This document shows, piece by piece, positions 56,254 to 63,859 of a DNA stretch of 63,859 nucleotides. Each line of letters begins with the position of its first letter. The first letter of the stretch is position 1. Position numbers and translations under genes: made by a program. The stretch comes from Camelus dromedarius (lineage: Eukaryota). The notes below the pieces were generated by a model, which worked only from the letters and a program-made list of their open reading frames with translations, made no database searches and was not told the origin of the DNA. The stretch is from assembly GCF_036321535.1 (NCBI RefSeq), contig NC_087472.1, positions 2,170,001 to 2,233,859 of the forward strand, read 5' to 3'.

Positions 56254-58171
56254 TTTATTTTATTATACAGTCTTTTTAAAGATTACATTTTATTTACAGT
56301 TATGAGAAAATATCGGTTATATACGCCTTGTTCTGCAATACATTCTTGAACCTTCCTTACACCCAATAGTTTGTACTTCCCACTCCCTCACCCCTATATT
56401 GCCCCTTGCCCCTCACCCCTCCCCACTGGTAATCACTAGTTTGTTCTCTATGAGCCTGCTTCTTCTTTGTTATACTCACTAGTTTGTTGTATTTTTTAGA
56501 GTCCACATATAAATTGATATCATACAGTATTTGTCTTTCTCTGTCTGATTTATTTCACTTAGCATAATGTCCTCCAAGTCCATCCATCTTGCTGNNNNNN
56601 NNNNNNNNNNNNNNNNNNNNNNNNNNNNNNNNNNNNNNNNNNNNNNNNNNNNNNNNNNNNNNNNNNNNNNNNNNNNNNNNNNNNNNNNNNNNNNNNNNNN
56701 NNNNNNNNNNNNNNNNNNNNNNNNNNNNNNNNNNTAGATAACACAGCTATGAATATTGGGTGCGTGTATCTTTTCAAATTAGTATCTGGTTTTTTTTTTG
56801 TTTTTTTTTTTTTTTGAGATGTATACCCAGGAATGGAATTGCTGGGTCACTTGGTAGTTCTAGTTTTAGTTTTTTGAGAAACGGCATACTGTTTTCCAGA
56901 GTGGTCACACCAATTTACATCCCCACCAACAGTGTAGGAGGGATCCCTTCTCTCCACATCTTCGCCAACATTTGCTATTTGCNNNNNNNNNNNNNNNNNN
57001 NNNNNNNNNNNNNNNNNNNNNNNNNNNNNNNNNNNNNNNNNNNNNNNNNNNNNNNNNNNNNNNNNNNNNNNNNNNNNNNNNNNNNNNNNNNNNNNNNNNN
57101 NNNNNNNNNNCTTTGGACAAATGTCTATTGTGTTGTTCTGCCCGTTTTTAGTTGGGTCATTTGTTTTTTTGATGTTGAATTGTATGAGCTGTTTATATAT
57201 GGTGGTTATTGCTCCCTTGTCAGTTGTAACGTTTGCAAATATTTTCTCCCCTTCAGTAGGTTGTTGTTTTAATTTAGTCAGTGGGTTCCCTTGCTGTGCA
57301 GAAGCTTTTAAGTATAATTAGGTCCCCGCTGTTTATTTTTCCTTTTATTTCCTTTGTTTTAGGACATGGATCCAAAAAGTTATTGCTGTAATTTATGTCA
57401 GAGAGTGTTCTGCCTATGTTTTCCTCTAGGAGTATTATAGTATCCAGTCTTAAATGTAGATCTTTAATCTATTTTGAGTTTATTTTTGTATATGGTGTTA
57501 GAGAATGTTCTAAGTTCATTGTTTGACAGGTAGCTGTCCAGTTTTCCCAGAGCCACTTATTGAAGAGACTGTCTTTTCTCCATTCAATATCCTTGCTTCC
57601 TTTGTCGTACATTAATTGACGGTAAGTGTGTGGGTTTACTTCTCGCCTCTCTATCCTGTTCCATTGATCTGTGTGTCTGTTTGGGGGCCAGAACCGCACT
57701 GTTTTGATTACTACAGCTTTGTAGTATAGTCCAATGTCAGGGAGCATGATTTCTCCAGCTCTGTTCTTCATTCCCAAGATTGTTTTAGCTATTGGGGTTC
57801 TTTTCTTTTTCCAGACACTTTTTTAAATTATTTGTTCTGGTTCTGAGAAAAATGCCATTGTTATTTTGACAGGGATTGCTTTGAATCTGTAGATTGCCTT
57901 GGGTAGTATGGTCACTGGGTTGTTTGGTCAACAACACTGATTCTTCCAATCCAAGAACACGGTATATCTTTCCATCTGTTGGTGTCATCTTCAGCTTCTT
58001 GCATCAGTGTCTTGTAGTTATTGGAGTACAGGTCTTTGGTCTCCTTAGCTAGGTTTATTACTAGATTATTTATTCTCTTTGATGTGATGGTAAATGGGAT
58101 TGTTTCCTTAATTTCTCTTTCTGGTACTCCTTTGTTAGTGTATAAGATGCAACAGATTTCTGTATATTAAT
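56254..58171 (-). mobile_element. LINE-1 remnant, copy after gene 8
   Basis: Near-identical to 5515-7433. Confidence 0.93.
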
Positions 58172-60314
58172 AATAATATTAAATAAGCTTCAGTATCTTA
58201 GTTTGTGAATGATATTGATTATACACGTACTGGTACTTAGGCAGCCCAAGACTGAGTTTTGCTATTTTGTAAAACAAATTGGGAAAGTTTCCATCATACT
58301 GTGTCATGCCAAAGTAGGTAACACCGCATCGGAATAGAAATTTACTTGGAAATGTGAGAGTGATCAGCACTAAAATCGGTGGGGTCAAGAAAGAGAGAAG
58401 TAAAAGTAAACGATAGGTAATTATTGGCTCCTTATCCCTTTTCTTCTGTCAGTCTATAAAATTATAATTATGTGTGTATAACCTGGATTTGTCTGGCTTA
58501 GTTAAGAAAGTAGGAGAAAATCAACCTGGATCAGTAGGATCCCTGCTCACCATCTCAGTTCATCCGCAGACGTTCACCGAGCCTCTCCTCTCTGGAGGGC
58601 TCGGTGTTAGCAGTGGGGACACTCGGAAAAGCAGGACAGCCCACACCTAGGATAGTCTAGGAGCCGCAGTCACATCGGGAAGTTGGTGAAAGGTCTCCTA
58701 AGTCCCATAGGGCAAATAAAAATAGGGCGAGGGGGTGGGGGTCCGGGAGAGAGCACCCAAGTGTAAGTGCCCAGCGCCAGGGCAGTTCGGGGCTTTGGGA
58801 AGCTGGGGGGGAGGTCCTTCTGTGGGAGGTGATGGTAATGAAGCTGGGTGGTGGCGGCAGGCAGACGTGCAGACGGCGCTTGTTAGTGGTGAGAGGAACG
58901 TGTCAGGTGGGAGATTGCTCTGAGAAGTCCCTCTGGGATCGTGGATACATCTCCTGGGCGAGGGGGGAAGGTGTACTTTGTTCAGGGATGCTTAGAGACC
59001 TGGTTATCCTGCCTGAGCTGCTAGGACACTCAGAATGCTCCAACTGCAGGGAGGAGTGGCGTTTGACGTGGCTCACAGTGTACTCCGTCCTGGCATATAT
59101 AGTTGAAGAGGTTTGGTAACCGCCCCAAACTTGGGGTAGGATTTACTGGGGTGTGTTCTTGGAAACGGTCTGCTGGACACTTACACTGATGGGTCAGCTC
59201 CCCTCGATGGTCAGAATCCAAAGCCATAGATGAGGAATGGTCCTGGACATCGCAGGGAGGAAACACCCACCGAGGCTGAATTCCAAACAGGGAATCCACC
59301 TCCGGCCCTCCCGACAGCCCTGGGAGACCCCCGGGCACGGGGTCCGGATGTGACGGGCGCTGATGCCCCCTCCCTGGGGGGTGAGAGAGGTGAGGGCCTG
59401 GGTGAGGGAGGCCGGCTTCAGGTCTGCACAGGGAAGGAGCCCAGCGCTGCCAGGAGTCAAGGTAGAACCGTGTGGAGGGACTCGGGTTGCAGGGAATCCA
59501 GGTCGGTTCTGCTGTCAGCCCTGGGAGACCGCAGGCAGGGTGGCGGAGATCAGTGCCCCAACCCCCACCCCCGCTTCCCTCTCGGGGGTCCTGGCTGTGG
59601 AGGGGCCTGGGTCCAAGGGGAGCAAACTGAGGTGGGCAGAGGGAGGGGCCCAGGCCCAGCCTGGAGCCCAGGTGAGGAGCAGAGGGAAGGCTGAGGGACC
59701 CCCGGGGAATCCATCTCAGCGCCTGGCGTCCACAGTCCTGGGAAGCCCTGGGCTTGGTGGCCTGCTGTGAGTCCACAGACGCCCCTGGGGGTCTCTGGGC
59801 AGTGAGGGCCTTGGTGTGAAGGTGTGGGCTCGGCTCAACAAGGGGGCGTCCCAGGACCCGCCGGGGCTCAAGGTGAGGACCCTGACGGAGGACAGCATGG
59901 GCCCCACAGATCCCCGCCCCTGCTGTCAGCCCTGGGAGGGCCTGGGTGGGATGAGCACTCGTGGGGCCCTGACTTCCTCACACCCGGGTCTCCGAGGGAC
60001 GGGGGTCCTGCGATGAGGGGCGGGGCCTCGGGTGGCCAGAGGCTAGACGACACGACGCCTAAGTGACGACCCTGAGGGAAAACTGAGGGGACCCCGAACC
60101 CGGAAAAGAGGCCATCCCACAGAAAGGGGCCCTTGCTATCAGCTGTCCGGAGGCCCGAGGGCAGGACAGGCCCCCGTGTTGTGTCGTGACTGCGGCACCC
60201 TGGTCTCACAGAGACCGGGGACTTCGTGTGAGATGAGGGGGGGACCCTCAGATCTGCAGAGGAGAGAATCCCAGGTCCCACTGGGAGTGAAGGTGACGAC
60301 CGCGAGCGAGCAGT

Positions 60315-61046
60315 GAGGGACCCTGGACCCCAAAACACAGTCGGTCCTGGGAGGCCATAGGTCGGAATAATCACTGGCGGCATTTCCCGCCATCCGGGTC
60401 TCGGAGGGACTGGGGTCCTGGGATGAGGGGCGGGGCTTCGGGGGTTCCAAGGGGAGGCTACATGCCGCCTGAGTCAAAGTGAGGACCCCGAGGGAGAACG
60501 GAGGGATCCTGGACCCCAAGACAGTGTTGGACCTTGGAGGCCTAGGGGCAGGGTGACCACCGGTGCCATTTCCCGACATCCGGGTCTCGGAGGGACTGGG
60601 GTCCTGGGTTGAGGGGCGGGGCTTCGGGGGTTCCAAGGGGAGGCTACATGCCGCCTGAGTCAAAGTGAGGACCCCGAGGGAGAACGGAGGGATCCTGGAC
60701 CCCAAAACAGTGTTGGACCTTGGAGGCCTAGGGGCAGGGTGACCACCAGTGGCATTTCCCGACATCCGGGTCTCGGAGGGACTGGGGTCCTGGGTTGAGG
60801 GGCGGGGATTGGGGTGGCCAGAGGGGAGACCACATGCTGCCTGAGTCAAGGTGAGGACCCCGAGGGGGAACGGACGGATCTTGCACCCCGGGACAGTGTT
60901 GGACCTTGGAGGCCTTGGGGCAGGGTGACCACCTGTGGCGTTTCCTGCCATCCGGGTCTCGGAGGGACTGGGGTCCTGGGATGAGGGGCGGGGCCTCGGG
61001 GGCTCCAAGGGGAGGCTACATGCCGCCTGAGTCAAAGTGAGGACCC
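60315..61046. repeat. 186-bp VNTR, unit 9, 4 copies (A',B',D,C)
   Basis: Contains the D copy (GT at 60851) shared with unit 6. Confidence 0.95.
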
Positions 61047-62270
61047 TCAAGCAGGAAGGAGGGGCCCCTGAACCCAGAAAAGTGGCCATCCCACAGAGAG
61101 TCGCCCTTGCTTTAAGCTGTCCGGCGGCCCGAGGGGACGACAGGCCCATGTGGTTTTTCCTGACTTCCGCATTCGAGTCTCAGACAGAATGGAGACATAG
61201 TGAAAGGGAGGGGGCCTCAGGTCTGCGGAGGAGAGAATCTCAGGGCCGCCTGGAAGTGAAGGTGACAACCGCGAGTTTGCATTCAGGGACCCTGGACCCC
61301 AGAACAGAGTCAGTCCTGGGAGGCCATGGGGCGGGAGGACCTCGGGCAGCAGTTCCTGAAATGCGGGTCTCAGAGGGACTGGGGTCTTGGTATGACGGGC
61401 GGGGCCTCAGGTGGGCTGAGAGGGGAATCCCAGGTCCTGCCAGGAGTCAAGGTGACCCCGAGGGAGGAGTGAGGGACCCGAGATCCCAGAACAGAGGGGA
61501 CGCAACCGATCCTGCCCCTGCTGTCAGCCCTGGGAGGCCTCAATGCGGGATGAGCACACGTGGTGTGTTCTGACTTCGGCATCCAGGGCACAGAGAGACC
61601 GGGGACCTACTATCAGGATGGGGCCCTCAGGTGGTTGCAGAGCAGAATCCCAGGTCCCGCTTGGAGTCCCGGTGAGGACCCTGAGTTAGCGCGGACAGGA
61701 CCTCCCACCCTAGAAGAGTGGGAACCTGCCAGAGCCCAGGCCTCCTGCCAGCACGCGGGTCCAGGGCTGTGCCACAGTGTAGATCCGAGGTCTCCCCTCC
61801 TTTCTCTCCCAGGGGCTCCAGACACCGGGAAGGCCTAGGTCTGAGACACGTGTTCTCGGGTCACAGAGCACAGGAGGCTGGCAGTGCCAGGACTGAAGGT
61901 GAGGTGTGGGCCCTGAGTGTGTACCCGGGGGCTCCCGGAACAGAGGGGACCCCGCGAGGCCAACGTCCACTCAACACACCCCGTGTTGCCCCCAGAACCT
62001 CGGGCTGTGCCGGCTGCACCCTGAGGAGCCGCCTCACTTCCCCCGTCAGGTTCACAGACGACCGTCCACCAGGAGGAGAGCCCCTGTGAGGCCGAGGGCA
62101 CCCCTGAAGAGGAGACCTGTAAGTAGCCTTTGTCAGAGCCCCCCACGGTGGGTTTCTCAGCCCGGGCCACTGACACTCCCTTTCTTCCCCAGGCCCGTGG
62201 GTCCCCATCTGTCACCCCTGCCCTCGCTGCTCTCAGCTGCCCGACACCACTCACCGTGCCTCCCGTTCAG

Positions 62271-63263
62271 ATGCGTGACCTCCACCACACTGAAGCCGAC
62301 TTTCACGACCCAAGAGAGGCTGAGGATTCCGAGGATGAGCAGGACATTTGGGTTGAGGAGGAGGAGGGCGCATCCCCGTTGTCTCCCTCCTCCTCCTCCT
62401 CCTCCTTCTCCTCCTCGTCTTCCTACTCAGTCCTGTTCCTGGGCAGTGGCGAGGAGGTGGCTGATTCTGGGACACCCAGTCCCGCGCAGAGCCCTCAGGG
62501 TGTCTGCCCCTCCCCCACAGCCGTGGCAGCCCCTCCCTGGAGCCAGTCGGAAGACAATGGCCTCAGAAGCCAAGGTGAGGAGGGGCCCAGCACCGGGCAG
62601 GACCCGGCAGATGCCGAGTCCCGGCTCCACGATGCATTACATTTGATGATGGTTGACCTGATGGGCTTCCTGCTCCACAAGTACCGCACAAAGCAGCCGA
62701 CCTCAAAAGAGGAAATGCTGAATGCGGTCCTCAGAGATGACCAGGACCACTTCCCTGCGGTCTTGAGCCAAGCCTCTGAGTGTCTGCAGCTGGTCTTTGG
62801 GGTGGATGTGAAGGAGGTGGACCCCAGGGAGCACTTGTATGTCCTGGTCCCCACCCTGGGCCTCACCTACGATGGCATGCAGGACGATGGGCAGAGCATT
62901 CCCAAGACTGGCCTCCTGCTGATACTTCTGGGTGTGATTGTCCTGGAGGGCGACTTTGCTCCTGAGGAGGCAGTCTGGGGAGCACTTAGCAAGATGGGGC
63001 TGTGTGCTGGGAGGGAGCACTTCATCTATGGGGAGCCCAGGGAGCTCATCACCAACGTGTGGGTGCGGGAGGGGTACGTGGAGTACCGGCAGGTGGCCAA
63101 CAGCGATCCCGCTCGCCACGAGTTCCTGTGGGGTCCCCGGGCCTACACGGAGACCAGCAAGCTGCAAGTCCTGGAACATTTCCTCAGGATCAATAGAAGG
63201 GGTCCCAGTTCTTTCCCGTCCCTGTCTGAAGAGCGAGTGAGTGATGAGGAAGAGGGGGCCTGA
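62271..63263 (+). CDS. MAGEA: MAGE-A family protein, copy 9, 330 aa (6-Ser tract, DDQDH)
   Basis: Intact frame. Confidence 0.95.
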   Translation: MRDLHHTEADFHDPREAEDSEDEQDIWVEEEEGASPLSPSSSSSSFSSSSSYSVLFLGSGEEVADSGTPSPAQSPQGVCPSPTAVAAPPWSQSEDNGLRSQGEEGPSTGQDPADAESRLHDALHLMMVDLMGFLLHKYRTKQPTSKEEMLNAVLRDDQDHFPAVLSQASECLQLVFGVDVKEVDPREHLYVLVPTLGLTYDGMQDDGQSIPKTGLLLILLGVIVLEGDFAPEEAVWGALSKMGLCAGREHFIYGEPRELITNVWVREGYVEYRQVANSDPARHEFLWGPRAYTETSKLQVLEHFLRINRRGPSSFPSLSEERVSDEEEGA

Positions 63264-63518
63264 GCCAGACTTGCAGCTGGGCTCCTTCTAGGCCCCTGTC
63301 CGGCAGCTTCTCCTGCCGGGCAGGAAGTGAGGCTGACTCTTCACTGTGTGTCTGAGGAGCAAGGAGTCAGCATCCTAAGTAGTGAGGGCCCGGGCCAGTG
63401 GGGGGGACACGGTGTACAGCATCTCTGGGCTCCTGTTCTCTACAATGATATGGAAGTTCATCTTCATTTCCTTTAGTGATGTTTCAGATGTTATTCGTTT
63501 TAATAAATATCAATATAC

Positions 63519-63859
63519 TTTATTTTATTATACAGTCTTTTTAAAGATTACATTTTATTTACAGTTATGAGAAAATATCGGTTATATACGCCTTGTTCTG
63601 CAATACATTCTTGAACCTTCCTTACACCCAATAGTTTGTACTTCCCACTCCCTCACCCCTATATTGCCCCTTGCCCCTCACCCCTCCCCACTGGTAATCA
63701 CTAGTTTGTTCTCTATGAGCCTGCTTCTTCTTTGTTATACTCACTAGTTTGTTGTATTTTTTAGAGTCCACATATAAATTGATATCATACAGTATTTGTC
63801 TTTCTCTGTCTGATTTATTTCACTTAGCATAATGTCCTCCAAGTCCATCCATCTTGCTG
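63519..63859 (-). mobile_element. LINE-1 3' end, copy after gene 9 (cut by the window edge)
   Basis: Near-identical to 5515-5855. Confidence 0.9.

Larger units (their letters stand above)
1..63859 (+). repeat. Tandem gene array (macrosatellite-like), ~7.27 kb unit, 8 full units plus a partial ninth, head-to-tail
   Basis: The same sequence (cgcctctctatcctg...) recurs at 1, 6906, 14179, 21451, 28727, 36000, 43092, 50368, 57644. Spacings are 6905, 7273, 7272, 7276, 7273, 7092, 7276, 7276; the short units are explained by loss of two or one 186-bp internal repeats. The ORF track repeats almost identically. Confidence 0.99.

Overview
Mammalian genomic DNA made entirely of a head-to-tail tandem array of a ~7.27 kb unit; the array runs off both ends of the window. 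Units start at 1, 6906, 14179, 21451, 28727, 36000, 43092, 50368 and 57644. Each of the 9 units carries one intact + strand MAGE-A (MAGE-A10-like) cancer/testis gene whose CDS lies in a single exon. Each gene has a GC-rich modular 5' region containing a 186-bp VNTR (2, 3 or 4 copies), a short non-coding exon with a 74-nt intron, and a dead, 5'-truncated antisense LINE-1 (~1.9 kb) inserted into the 3' UTR. Main observations: (i) the ancestral MAGE-A start codon appears to have become GTG, with a new weak-context ATG five codons downstream; (ii) four of nine copies have the poly(A) signal mutated AATAAA>CATAAA directly in front of the antisense L1; (iii) VNTR variants exchange E2F-like, ETS-like and splice-donor motifs; (iv) diagnostic variants show a higher-order X-X-Y trimer, conversion tracts and a recombinant unit; (v) a TCC repeat gives poly-Ser length variants. 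Comparisons with human MAGEA1/MAGEA10 and L1 consensus are from recall, not from a run alignment. X linkage and germline expression are inferred from family knowledge. Most other ORFs in the track are GC-rich or repeat noise.
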